The translations under genes and the position numbers were made by a program. This document shows, in pieces, positions 32,738-43,477 of a stretch of DNA of 64,000 nucleotides (its first letter is position 1; the number at the start of each line of letters is the position of its first letter). Source of the DNA: Naegleria gruberi (Eukaryota); NCBI GenBank assembly GCA_000004985.1, contig GG738916.1. One strand, 5' to 3'. The notes below the pieces were generated by a model, which did no database searches, had not been told where the DNA came from, and saw only the letters and a program-made list of their open reading frames with translations.

Positions 32738-34468
32738 ATGAAAAAACTATGTGCCAAGAGATGGGATCACAAATGTCCAATCATTTTCCATAACACTCTT
32801 TCCGAGCCCATTCAAATGATCTGGATTGATTATGAGGGAAATGAACAACCGTTTACAGTTTTAAATTCTGGCGGGAAATGTTGTCAGCAAGCCGGTGCTA
32901 CTCATCCTTTCATAATGAGAAGAATGAATGATGAGAAGAGGAAGGTTGTATCGATTTTTGTTCCGACAGAAGAGACTGTTGATTATTTTGAGGTTGTTCC
33001 TGGAATGTTTATGTATGATGAGGAGAGGGATGGGAAAATGGTTGATGAAGATGATGAAGAAATTGTGGTGGGTGATCAAGTGGAGGAGATAGAGGAAGAA
33101 ATAATTGAGGACCAATCAAAACACGTAACAATTTGCAAGATGACAAAAGCTCGTGAGGAGGATTGGAAATTAATTAGGTCAAGATTTGATGGACATGAAC
33201 TTGTGGATATTAGCATTAGAAATGATACATCTAGGAAATATAATGTATTTAGGGTAGACGAGGAAGGAAATCAAACTTCTCACGGATATTCAGCCCCAAT
33301 CTCAACTTTCTGGGCTACATTTGCATATCCAGGAAACGTATTTTTATTGAAGAACGAATGTGGTTCAGTTGAGTTTGTCTTGAAAGTTTCAGATAAGTCC
33401 ACCGTGTATATTATTGAATCTAACTATCTGGAGTCAACAGCATGTATTGATGATGATAAACAGTCTAGTTGCAGAAATATCCTATTGAAGAATGAAGATA
33501 AGAGAATCGGTCCTCGTAAAATGGGGTTCAATTCTCCTGAAATTGTTCAAGATATTGTTAATGAGCTAAAAAGGAGGAATTCGAAATTTATAGATGAAGA
33601 CTTTCCTCCAAGGAGTGATTGTGTTAGAGCTCAAAATTTATTCAAAAGACCTGCTATTTTCAAGAATATTTCTGTCATGGATCCAATTCAAGGAAAATTA
33701 GAAGATTGCTTTTTAATATCTAGTATTAGTGGGGCTGCATTAAGAACTAGATTATTGAGGAAAGTATTCACTCATTGTGAGGCCATAGATCCAAAGCTAG
33801 GTCTTTATGCTTTGACATTCTATTTAGAGCCAAATAATGAGAAAATGACTCTTCTATTGGATGATTATTTGCCTGCTGAAAATGGACATTTAAAGTTTGC
33901 TCATTCTCAAGATAGAGGAGAGTTGTGGATTTCTCTTATTGAAAAAGGCATTGCAAAATTGGTTGGAGATTATGACAAGATTAACCCTCAAACGAATTCT
34001 CATCTATTCTATCCCTCTAATATTCTTTCATTGCTCCTTGGTGGGAGATCAAAACAATTAGATTGGTTCTCTGGTCAAAGTACAACAGCAACTGATATGA
34101 TGAAGAAGGGAACTTTCTGGCCTCTCATTGAAAAACTAATGGACAGCTCATTAAGCGTTCCGGTTTGTGGAACCAAACCAGGTAAAGAAGGATCTGATTC
34201 GATCAATTCTAATGGCCTTGTAAATGCTCACGGTTATTCGCTTCTTAGCTATAGAAAATTCCCAGAACATGATTTGAAATTGGTCAACCTGAGAAATACA
34301 TGGGGAAGAATTGAGTACAATGGACCATGGTCAGATAATAGTCCAGAGTGGGATCAATATCCAGATGTTAAAAAAGCACTTGAATATCGAAATGCAGATG
34401 ACGGATGTTTCTATATGACCTATGAAGCATTTGAGAATTGTTTCGGAATTGTTTGGTGGAACGATTAA
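32738..34468 (+). CDS. Calpain-like cysteine protease (CysPc catalytic domain).
   Basis: 576 aa. Catalytic Cys context QGKLEDCFLISSISGAA. His context NAHGYSLLS. Asn/Trp context NLRNTWGRIEYNGPWSDNSPEW. Confidence 0.8.
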   Translation: MKKLCAKRWDHKCPIIFHNTLSEPIQMIWIDYEGNEQPFTVLNSGGKCCQQAGATHPFIMRRMNDEKRKVVSIFVPTEETVDYFEVVPGMFMYDEERDGKMVDEDDEEIVVGDQVEEIEEEIIEDQSKHVTICKMTKAREEDWKLIRSRFDGHELVDISIRNDTSRKYNVFRVDEEGNQTSHGYSAPISTFWATFAYPGNVFLLKNECGSVEFVLKVSDKSTVYIIESNYLESTACIDDDKQSSCRNILLKNEDKRIGPRKMGFNSPEIVQDIVNELKRRNSKFIDEDFPPRSDCVRAQNLFKRPAIFKNISVMDPIQGKLEDCFLISSISGAALRTRLLRKVFTHCEAIDPKLGLYALTFYLEPNNEKMTLLLDDYLPAENGHLKFAHSQDRGELWISLIEKGIAKLVGDYDKINPQTNSHLFYPSNILSLLLGGRSKQLDWFSGQSTTATDMMKKGTFWPLIEKLMDSSLSVPVCGTKPGKEGSDSINSNGLVNAHGYSLLSYRKFPEHDLKLVNLRNTWGRIEYNGPWSDNSPEWDQYPDVKKALEYRNADDGCFYMTYEAFENCFGIVWWND

Positions 34469-34734
34469 TCATTTCTAATTAATTTAATAGCTCCAACTGA
34501 ATACTAAAGCTCAAGCTTTGCGTGTTGGTTGCATTTATTTTCCATCACAATGCTGAAACAACTTACCAAATGTGACTTACAAGACATTGTAATGTTGTCT
34601 TTGAATTGTAGCTTGTAATGGAAAAATGGCGTTCAAAAAAAAAATAGCATGTTGAATAGCTTGCTGTCCATCATTCTGAGAAAATATCAATCCATCAATA
34701 ATAGCACAACTTGATAATAATTAATAGTATTAAC

Positions 34735-36459
34735 ATGATGAATTATTGTAAAATATTACAATTGAGTCAAGATATATTATGCAATGTAATTATTCCCTAC
34801 TGTAATTCACATACTTTGATTGCTTTTGCTGGGGTTTGTTCCGAGTGGAGAAGAATTGTCAAAGAAAGTGATACTAGAGGAATCAAGTGTGTAAATGTGA
34901 AGCATAAATCAGCAAGATACAGATTTGAATCATTAAATGATGAGGAGGAAATGAGTGGATTAATGAAAGGTGACCTCTTGCAAATATTCTCACAAATGGA
35001 AATAAGAACTTTTCCAGAATTTGAGGAAACTATTTTTCTTAACAGATCTTTTTTTAAAAAGTTATTCAATTCAAAAAAACTGGAATTATTGACATTACAA
35101 AATACTAATATTATTACAATTATTATTCCTGCTAAAGATATTTCACCAATTATAACTCTGAAATTAATAAGTGTTCAAATGGAAGTTGAAAATTTAAGAA
35201 CTATATGCACTAATTTACTAAATTTAACAGATCTAACATTAATTGATAATGGGCTTGATTATAAGGCAACACTTGTATTGACCAAATCAAAGTTGACTCG
35301 TCTAACACATCTTACACTTCGTAATAGAATTGGAGATGAAGGTGTTAATCAATTATTGACTCAACCAGGAAATATTAGAACTTTGAAACATATTAACTTT
35401 GTTGCAAGACCTCCAGAATCATCTCAAAAAGACAATATTTCATACATAGCACCAATTAATAGTTCAATGTTACCAAATCTTGAATCTTTTTCAATAGATT
35501 TGGAGATGTCTACAAAATCAATTATGAATGTGTTGAATAGTGGTAATTCATGGAGAGAATTGACTTTTTTTCACTCACATTTAAATAGTGAATGTATGAA
35601 ACAAATTGGAAAAATTCATACACTCCAAAAACTTTGTTTTCAATCAAAATTGGAAGTAGATTTACCTTACAGATGTTTATTACCTCTTCAAAATAATCTC
35701 ACTCATCTAGAAATTGGTCCTGTTGACAATAATACATTCTCCGAATTGAGTGAGGGTAACTTTGTTAATTTGAAATATTTATGCATTCTAAATACAAAAC
35801 AAGGAAATGAAATAGATGAATATGTAATACGAAAATTCTGTGAAAAAGTTCAAAATCTAACCTATTTAGAGTTAAGAAGAGTAGTAATGAAAAGTGGATG
35901 TATGAATCACATATCCCAACTTTCAAAAATTACTGATTTACGAATTATTCAAACACATATTGATAGTGAAGAAATGAAATATTTATCAAGAATGAGTAAC
36001 TTGACAACATTATATTTAGGAAGTGAAATTACATTTGATGGAATTTCATATTTATGCAACGGAAATTTACTAAATTTACACACTTTAAAGTTTACAAGAG
36101 TTCCTTCAGGCAAGTTCAAATATGACTCAAAGTTTACATCAAGTTTAGCTCATTCAAATTTTCCAAAATTAAGATATTTGAGTTTTTATTATGAATTTGA
36201 TATTTATGCAACTGATATGTTACATTCTGGTCCATCTCTGAAAAATTTGATACATTTAGAACTTTATTGGGTAGATTTAACAATTACACCTATTTTAGTA
36301 CCTATAGTCAATAATCTGGCGCCTAAATATCTGACTGGAATTGGAGGCTTTCCAAAGCTTAAAGCTTTCTCACCAGAAGCCATACCACAATTAAGACAAC
36401 CAACAAAAATCAACTATATGACTGGACATACCGATATACGAATTGATGAATTTATTTAA
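34735..36459 (+). CDS. F-box/LRR-repeat protein (member of the AGVCSxWRRIV subfamily), copy 1 of an inverted pair.
   Basis: True ATG at 34735 (track start 34711 is TTG). F-box LSQDILCNVIIPYCNSHTLIAFAGVCSEWRRIV, then LRRs. About 98% amino-acid identity with the product of 52527..54365 on the opposite strand. Confidence 0.75.
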   Translation: MMNYCKILQLSQDILCNVIIPYCNSHTLIAFAGVCSEWRRIVKESDTRGIKCVNVKHKSARYRFESLNDEEEMSGLMKGDLLQIFSQMEIRTFPEFEETIFLNRSFFKKLFNSKKLELLTLQNTNIITIIIPAKDISPIITLKLISVQMEVENLRTICTNLLNLTDLTLIDNGLDYKATLVLTKSKLTRLTHLTLRNRIGDEGVNQLLTQPGNIRTLKHINFVARPPESSQKDNISYIAPINSSMLPNLESFSIDLEMSTKSIMNVLNSGNSWRELTFFHSHLNSECMKQIGKIHTLQKLCFQSKLEVDLPYRCLLPLQNNLTHLEIGPVDNNTFSELSEGNFVNLKYLCILNTKQGNEIDEYVIRKFCEKVQNLTYLELRRVVMKSGCMNHISQLSKITDLRIIQTHIDSEEMKYLSRMSNLTTLYLGSEITFDGISYLCNGNLLNLHTLKFTRVPSGKFKYDSKFTSSLAHSNFPKLRYLSFYYEFDIYATDMLHSGPSLKNLIHLELYWVDLTITPILVPIVNNLAPKYLTGIGGFPKLKAFSPEAIPQLRQPTKINYMTGHTDIRIDEFI

Positions 36460-37459
36460 TTAAGCCAATTAATAATTCTTACTTCTAGCACTCCAGAGAA
36501 GATCAAACCAAGTTATCTTTGTTATTAATAATTCGACTAAATCTGAAATATTTGTTACTATAGAGCTATTTATTATAACCTGCACCAAAAAAAATGAGGT
36601 TTATAAGGCAAGCACTGGAGGTTGTAGTGCCTCAATCGGAACAAGGGACCATTTTAATGATGTTTATTGGAACGTGCTCCTTACACTGAAAAAGTTCAAA
36701 ACGGAAATATTGAATGGGTTCCTCATGATGAGTTGGAATTTACCACAAAAACTCAAACTTTATTATCACAAATGAGAGTGTTATGAATGGGTCATCAGGT
36801 GGTTGTTTACAATCTTATCAATGCCAAAAAACTCAAGTTGGTGAGTATACAATTGTTGAATTTCATGGAATTCACTTTGGAGGAGAATTTTGAAAGTGTC
36901 AACATTGCTTGAAGAATATCAAACACTTGAAAGAGAAGAATATCAGATGGTCTGATTGGAATCGATATATTAATAAGTGGGACCATTGTACCTGTAAATC
37001 ACCAACCGGTTTAGCTTACAACTACTCTGTCTCTGTTCATCATCCACTATTTAAAGATGAAAACAAAAAGCTAATTCTTGAGGATTTATTGGAGTTATTG
37101 GATGTTAATATTGAAGATGAACGGTTGGCAAGATTAAAAGAATACCTCCAATAGTAAGATCCCTGTAAGAAAACACTTTCTGTATGATAGATCCCAACTA
37201 AACATAACATTGATATTTACCCATAGAATCTTCAATATCTGATATAAGAAAGAAGGAATTGTTTATAAACATTTATTTATTGGTGGCAATACCATGTTGG
37301 AGGGACTAACTTCTATAGCTCCAGAATATTTCAAGGTAAATGCTCCACCTGAGAGAAAATACTGGTAGTTCAATGTTTGACCATCTTACCTGTTGAAAAT
37401 AGAGCGAGAAGCTTCATAATAATACAATTAGTACATAATTGGTTTATATACATGTGAAA

Positions 37460-37530
37460 TCGGGTGTGGTATAGTGGTAGCATTCCAGACTGTCACTCTG
37501 GCGACCCGGGTTCAATTCCCGGCACTCGAG
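37460..37530 (+). tRNA. tRNA-Asp (anticodon GTC).
   Basis: Cloverleaf by eye. Acceptor stem TCGGGTG/CACTCGA with one G-T pair and discriminator G. U8 present. Anticodon stem CCAGA/TCTGG with loop CTGTCAC (GTC at 37492..37494). T-arm CCGGG-TTCAATT-CCCGG. Starts with U as eukaryotic tRNA-Asp does. No intron. Confidence 0.8.
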
Positions 37531-37930
37531 ATCAATTTTTAACTTTATCTCCAATAAATGATTATTACTTTTTACATCCAGGTAGGGATGATATGTAATC
37601 TAGCTAAATATCAATTTTCAAAGTTTCATCTCTTAAAACCACCGAGAAAATAATCAAAGATTTGTCACTCTCATTTAGCTTAAAAATATTACCAAGTTGC
37701 TGCAAGTTCCAAGTTCCTTGCCTTTCAAATTATTTCCGCTTATCAATCAAACTAGAAACAATTCTATTGGTTGATACACCACCAATCTTTCAAAATTGTC
37801 TCCTTTCCACTCCCAATTTGCAACAAGTTTGAACTTTAAAATAGTTATAAATACTTTCATTGTATTCGAAACTTTAGAAAAACAACAAAACAAATATCTA
37901 AACAACTAAAACAACTCAAAACTAATCAAA

Positions 37931-38383
37931 ATGATGCTTAATTGTCAATTCAGTGATGAAATTATCAAAACCTATGAAGAAATGAGAATGGGAAAGGGTT
38001 CGAATAAGGATAACAAGTTCCTCGTATTAAAAATGCAAGAAAGTTCCATTCAAATCGATCAAGAATTGTCTCAACTCTCTTCATTGGAAGAATTGACTTC
38101 CAATCTCCCACCAAAGAATTCTCGTTTCATTTGCTATCATTTAAGTTTCGAAATGCCATCTCAAAACGAAAGTTGTCAAATCAGAGAAGGAACCAGAACC
38201 AAAATGATGTTTCTCACATGGTGTCCAAACGAAACCAATGTTAAGGAAAAGTTTCAAGTAGCTGCCACTGTCAAAACAGTTAAACAAAAATTAAATGGTT
38301 TGAGTGCAACTATTCACTGCTCAACCAAGAGTGAAATTGATGAAAAGACAATGATTGAAAATTGTTTAACTTTTATGAAATGA
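37931..38383 (+). CDS. ADF-H domain protein (cofilin/GMF/coactosin-like actin-binding protein).
   Basis: 150 aa. Layout and motifs of the ADF-H fold: RFICYHLSFE…KMMFLTWCPNETNVKEKFQVAATVKTVKQKLNGLSATIHCSTKSEIDEKTMIEN (compare cofilin [31 protein letters not shown]). Confidence 0.6.
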   Translation: MMLNCQFSDEIIKTYEEMRMGKGSNKDNKFLVLKMQESSIQIDQELSQLSSLEELTSNLPPKNSRFICYHLSFEMPSQNESCQIREGTRTKMMFLTWCPNETNVKEKFQVAATVKTVKQKLNGLSATIHCSTKSEIDEKTMIENCLTFMK

Positions 38384-38396
38384 GTTTGTTTAACAT

Positions 38397-38933
38397 TCAC
38401 AATTTGCTAGATAACCAATCTAAACCTTCGAATAAACCAGTGCCATTCATTGCGCTACATGGTTGGATGTACCAATCTTGTTTGATCGAATTTAAGCGCA
38501 ATATCTTTGAAAGATCTGTAACATTGGTGGCTCTTGGTATATCTTGCTTATTAGCCCATACTAATAACTTGGCATTTGATAGTGATGGATCTTCCATAAC
38601 TTTATGCAATGTTTCTGAAACCTCTTCAAACCTCTCTCTATCATTCGAATCGACGATGAATATGACAGCATCTGTTCCATTATAATAGTGTCTCCACAAG
38701 GTTCTAATCTTATCCTGACCACCAATATCAAAAACTCTGAATTGAACTCTCTTATATTGAATCACTTCAGCATTGAAACCAATAGTAGGAATAGTATCTA
38801 CATTCTCATCTAATTGAATCTTGTACAGAGTTGATGTTTTACCAGCTGCATCCAAACCTAAAAAGAGAATTTTGGCTTGCTTGTTTTCGAATAAGGACAA
38901 GTTCTTGATCATGTTAGAAAGCAATTGACCCAT
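38397..38933 (-). CDS. ARF-family small GTPase (ARF/ARL).
   Basis: True start MGQLLSNMI (N-myristoylation-type Gly2) at 38933..38931; the track ORF extends upstream artefactually. [41 protein letters not shown] and [16 protein letters not shown] are close to ARF1. Confidence 0.85.
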   Translation of the reverse strand: MGQLLSNMIKNLSLFENKQAKILFLGLDAAGKTSTLYKIQLDENVDTIPTIGFNAEVIQYKRVQFRVFDIGGQDKIRTLWRHYYNGTDAVIFIVDSNDRERFEEVSETLHKVMEDPSLSNAKLLVWANKQDIPRATNVTDLSKILRLNSIKQDWYIQPCSAMNGTGLFEGLDWLSSKL

Positions 38934-39240
38934 TGTTGCGTAATGTATTTTGTTGTAGCTTGAAGTATTGTTGCTGTTTTTTTTCAATTTGTTGTTGAGT
39001 AATTTTCATTCAAGTTCAATGCAAAGGTTGTTTTTAAAGTGAAATCCTCGCTATCATTTCGTCACCATTTTTTGTAAACTTCGTCATTAGATAAAAATAG
39101 ACTGTTTTTAAAAAGACAGCAACAATAAGAACCAATGTAGGGAGAAATATTAAAAACAATATTTATTCTCTTCTTCTAAAAGGTAAAATAAAAGCAATAG
39201 TTTTTAATGTTAAAGAATTGAGCTTAATAAAAAAGACTAC

Positions 39241-39400
39241 AGCACCACAGGTTCCCAAGTTGTCTCCAACCTCAGTACTGATGTGGCTCGACGATGCTTA
39301 ACTTCTCAAATCGGACGGGATGAGGTGCATTCATCGTGATATGGCCGTAGCCATTCCCTATGTATAAATCTTAATGTTGAATAAGAATATTACTGATTTT
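39241..39400. ncRNA. Candidate structured non-coding RNA / GC-richer island in a divergent promoter region (speculative).
   Basis: About 45% G+C in a locus that is otherwise under 25% G+C. No credible ORF. A DUSE-like TCCCAAG sits at 39258. A TATAAAT box sits at 39364. Confidence 0.2.
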
Positions 39401-39878
39401 TAAATCTAATGTTTTCGTCTATGAATTCTATCTATTCTAACAATATTCTTTTCAATTTACAATTAAGACGGGAAGCCTGCCAGGAATATGGCGACAATCC
39501 CGCTACAGTCTTTGACTGTATGAACAGTGAAGGCAACGATCTTGCGATAGTTGGTTTGTTCAATTTGGTTGAGGAAATTAAGAAGATAACTGGCCTACTA
39601 TTTATTTGTTGGCAATTAGCAAAAAGTTCTTCTTAAATTTTGGTTTGATTCTTTCCCTCAATATTTAAAGCCAAATTGAATGTTCAACCCCAAACTAAAT
39701 ACAAAAACAGTCATCAAAATGTTTTCAACATGGTTAAACAGCAACAATTTAATATACTAATTTGTTAACAAATTATTAATCACTTTGATGTTTTTGATGT
39801 TGTTGTATTCATCGGATCACCTTCATCATCAAAATAATAATAATTTATTAATAAATATTTAAAAAACAAGAAGAAAAA

Positions 39879-41741
39879 ATGAGCGGAATGCCTCAACCAC
39901 GTTCTCCATCTGCTGGTCCACCTCCACCTTCAAGCGGTAGTAGCAGACATCACCACAGCAGTAGTAGTAGAGGTTCCTCTTCTTCCTCTCATCATCGTAG
40001 TGGCGGAAGTAGTAGTGGTTCCCATCATAGATCTGGAAGCTCTAGCAGAGACTCTCATCGTGACTCTCACCGATCATCATCTTCATCAAGAAATTCTAGT
40101 AATCCATCTAGTTCTCATCCACACGATGACAAAAGAAAACGTCCATCATCCTCTAAATCATCATCATCTAAACATCGCTCTAGTGGCTCTAGTAGCAAAC
40201 ACGATAGTCGTTCACAACGTTCTAAACCATCATCCTCAAATACTGTCAAAGCTCCTCCATTGTTTAAAACTGTTGAACATCCATTGAAGGAATTGGTAAA
40301 GAGTTCATTCCTTTGTAATATGAAATTCCAAACAGGTTTACCAGAAATTTTATTGGATCCTGTTTTATTAGAATATCCAAAGGATTTTACAGAAAATTTC
40401 ATCGGATACAAAACAACAAGTTTAGAAAAGAATCACAAATTCGAATTATTGACAGAAAATAATTTAGGAATCAACATGAATCTGATTAATCCTTTTGTAT
40501 ATTATAAAGATGAATCTGCCAAACTTGATCCTGAAGATGAATTATTATTGAAACCAGTTAAATCAGCAAAGAAGGAAATTGCTCGTGAATTGGTTGAAAA
40601 CTTGTCATCAAGACCATCCTGGCTTAAAGCTCCAACTTATGTTGATATGATCAATTATAAGAAGGCTGTTAAAGGTTATGGCGAAGATTTAATTCAAGAT
40701 GTTGAAGAAGAACATGTTCAGAAAATCAAACCAAAAACAGTTCCTAGAAAAGTCGAAGAAAAGAGTAGATTTGAAAAGGCTAAACAATTAGATGCCAAAT
40801 TCCAATCAGATACCTTAACCAGAACATTACCAAATGGTCAAAAAGTTAAAGCTATTGCTTGCTATTCACTTTTACCTAATTTTGCCACAATGGGCACTAA
40901 ATTTATGGCTGCAAACTTTGGAAGTGATAATCATACATTATTAGGAAAGAGAGGACGTTTTGGTGAATTAACAGCAAAGGATGCTAGTGATTCCCTTATT
41001 CTCATTCAACCAACAGATGATATTATTTTAGCAGAAAAGGCAGCTGATGACAGAAATGTTCAAGTTGCTCAATACTATGTTCCAGTTTCTAATAATGATG
41101 AAGAGGAATTATTTAATAGTGAAAAGACTGTTGGTAATATTGTGGAATTAGTTCGTGAATATGGTGGTACAATCTATGAAAAGAATAGCTCCAATGTTCA
41201 AGTTAATAAGGAAAATGAAAAGAGATTCAAATTACCAAACCACTTAATGTCTAAAGATAAGATGACCCAAGCAGAAATTGAACCGTGTGTTGCTTTGAGA
41301 TTTGATGACAATACCAGTCAATGTGTATATTCCTACATTCAAGAAGGTGTCAACTTTAAGGTCTTACCAAAGAAGAAGAAACGTAGAGTTTTCACTAAAG
41401 TTAAATTGAATGGTAAAAATCCAGATGAAGAAGTTCAATTCGAATCTCTGACAGATATCATTGCCAGCACTGAAGAACTTGGAGCAACTAAGCAAGGACC
41501 TTCTTATGAAGATGAAGAAATGCAAGAAGAAACAACTCAACAACAATCAGAAGAAGAGGAAGAAATTATTTCACCATCCGATAGAGGATCAGCAAAGAAG
41601 AGAGCTGTTCAATCCGATGATGAAGATGAAAACATGGAAGAAAGTGCACCAAATGGTGGTGAAGAAAACATGCCATCCTCTCCGACTATTGGTGATCAAC
41701 GTGCACCTTTATCCGAAGATGAATATGATGAAGAAGAATAA
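39879..41741 (+). CDS. RNA polymerase II-associated factor 1 (Paf1) homolog with Ser/Arg/His-rich N-terminal extension and acidic C-terminus.
   Basis: 620-aa ORF. FLCNMKFQTGLPEILLDPVLLEYPKDFTENFIGYKTTSLEKNHKFELLTENNLGINMNLINPFVY aligns with the Paf1 N-terminal conserved block ([25 protein letters not shown]…[22 protein letters not shown]…LINPDTY). Confidence 0.75.
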   Translation: MSGMPQPRSPSAGPPPPSSGSSRHHHSSSSRGSSSSSHHRSGGSSSGSHHRSGSSSRDSHRDSHRSSSSSRNSSNPSSSHPHDDKRKRPSSSKSSSSKHRSSGSSSKHDSRSQRSKPSSSNTVKAPPLFKTVEHPLKELVKSSFLCNMKFQTGLPEILLDPVLLEYPKDFTENFIGYKTTSLEKNHKFELLTENNLGINMNLINPFVYYKDESAKLDPEDELLLKPVKSAKKEIARELVENLSSRPSWLKAPTYVDMINYKKAVKGYGEDLIQDVEEEHVQKIKPKTVPRKVEEKSRFEKAKQLDAKFQSDTLTRTLPNGQKVKAIACYSLLPNFATMGTKFMAANFGSDNHTLLGKRGRFGELTAKDASDSLILIQPTDDIILAEKAADDRNVQVAQYYVPVSNNDEEELFNSEKTVGNIVELVREYGGTIYEKNSSNVQVNKENEKRFKLPNHLMSKDKMTQAEIEPCVALRFDDNTSQCVYSYIQEGVNFKVLPKKKKRRVFTKVKLNGKNPDEEVQFESLTDIIASTEELGATKQGPSYEDEEMQEETTQQQSEEEEEIISPSDRGSAKKRAVQSDDEDENMEESAPNGGEENMPSSPTIGDQRAPLSEDEYDEEE

Positions 41742-41805
41742 ATTTTAATTTATATTAATATAATTACGTGATTTTTAAATATTATGTTTTAATGTATTAT
41801 CAAAT

Positions 41806-42436
41806 TTAAGCAGATCTTGGCTTGGAGATGTAGTTCACACCAAATGAAGACAACAACAATGAAGCAACATAGTTGATACGGACATCAATTCTCTTCAAGG
41901 AATAGAAAGAGAAGAACAAAACCAAAGCGAAGAAGATAATGTTAGAAATGAACAAAGCGTGACCAGTAGCTCCTAATTCAGCCAACTTATCCTTCTTGGC
42001 ATAAGCTTCTTCCTTATCCTTCTTGTTGAATGAACCCTTAGCATTGGTAACAATCTTTTCATAGTTATCAGTCAAAATTGGCTTCTTACGCAAATAATTG
42101 AAAACATAAGCTTTAGAAAGGAAATAAGCAGAAACACAAGAGACGATGAGGAAGAGTAAAATAGTACCTCCAGTGAATTCCAAATTCAAAACTCCTTGGA
42201 AAAGATCTAATATTGTTCATCAATAATAAAATCAATCATCATCATATAATAAATTTGATCGAAATTTAAGTTCATAAATTTAAATACTAACATGATGGTA
42301 AAATAGTGGAAACTAATGCTACAAGATAGAAGAAGAGATTTTGATTAAAGTTGATAGTTCTGTCCTTTTTGGCTTCTCTTACGAGTTGGGTCAAAACTTT
42401 TTCGTCTTCCTTCTTAGCGGCGAGTCTGGTTGACAT
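41806..42436 (-). CDS. Translocon-associated protein subunit gamma (TRAP-gamma/SSR3), 2 exons, about 181 aa.
   Basis: Exons (minus) 42436..42292 and 42206..41806, intron 42291..42207 (GTTAGT…TATTAG). Four predicted TM helices. C-terminal …RIDVRINYVASLLLSSFGVNYISKPRSA resembles SSR3 …[24 protein letters not shown]. Confidence 0.7.
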
Positions 42437-43477
42437 TTTTTATGTGTGTTGTGTGGTTTTACTTGCTTGTTTGCTGAAGCTCATTTTTCACCACGTCAGC
42501 TGCAAAGCTTGAAAAAAATTCAAATGTTTACAAAAAATCATTAGAAAACACAGCACCAACAAACGATGACTCATCACCATTATCAACATTAACACAAAAA
42601 GAAAAACCCTAAAGAGACCTCTTATTATTCATGGAATAAAGATTACTTTGAGTGATTAGGAAATTTATTAAAAACAATATGTGGTGTGTGGGATAACAAT
42701 TTTGTCAACAAGAATTTATTGTCGGAAGTTGTGCTGATTATATCTGTTCAACATTGAGCTGCAATATTAATGAGATGATGAAGATTGATTGTTTGATCGA
42801 GATGGAAGCTTGGATCTTCTCTCAACAAGTTGCACTTCTTTATCAACCTGTTTAGAACAAAAATCCATACCAAAGAGAAGAATCGAGGAAGATTGATGAA
42901 GTCTTTTGAATAATTGGAATATATTCTTTTAATAGTAGCACTTACTGCTTTTCCTTCTCAATAATGATATTCATATTATCACCTTGAATAAGGATGAGTA
43001 TTGGAAACATGAGATAATGCTGATTTACTTACTACACTCTTTCAAGCCTTTCAAAATTTCCTCAAGATTAGTCAAGGCTGATGATTTTTCTGCACTCAAA
43101 CCCTTTCTGTTTTGGTTTGATAGAGAAGATTCTCCTGGGGTTTGTTTAGGCATGTTTTTTTAGAATGTTTAATTGATTTTGTCGTCCTTAATCATAACAC
43201 TATTGTACAATTGACATGGTGCTCAACATTGGATGAAGGAATAAATTTGACATTTAACAGAAGAAATTCCTCTGCTATCGAATTTTCACAATACATTACT
43301 ACAACATTGTTTCATCATTACGAAACTATTATTAAAGTTATTTGTTGCTCATCATACAATTCATAGATAATTCTTCTTGCTAGTTTTCTTCTCCATTCAA
43401 CTCATCAAAGGCCGGTAAGCAGCCGGAAAGAAAAACCACAATACAAAAAAAATACATTAACACCCTCACCCTTCACC

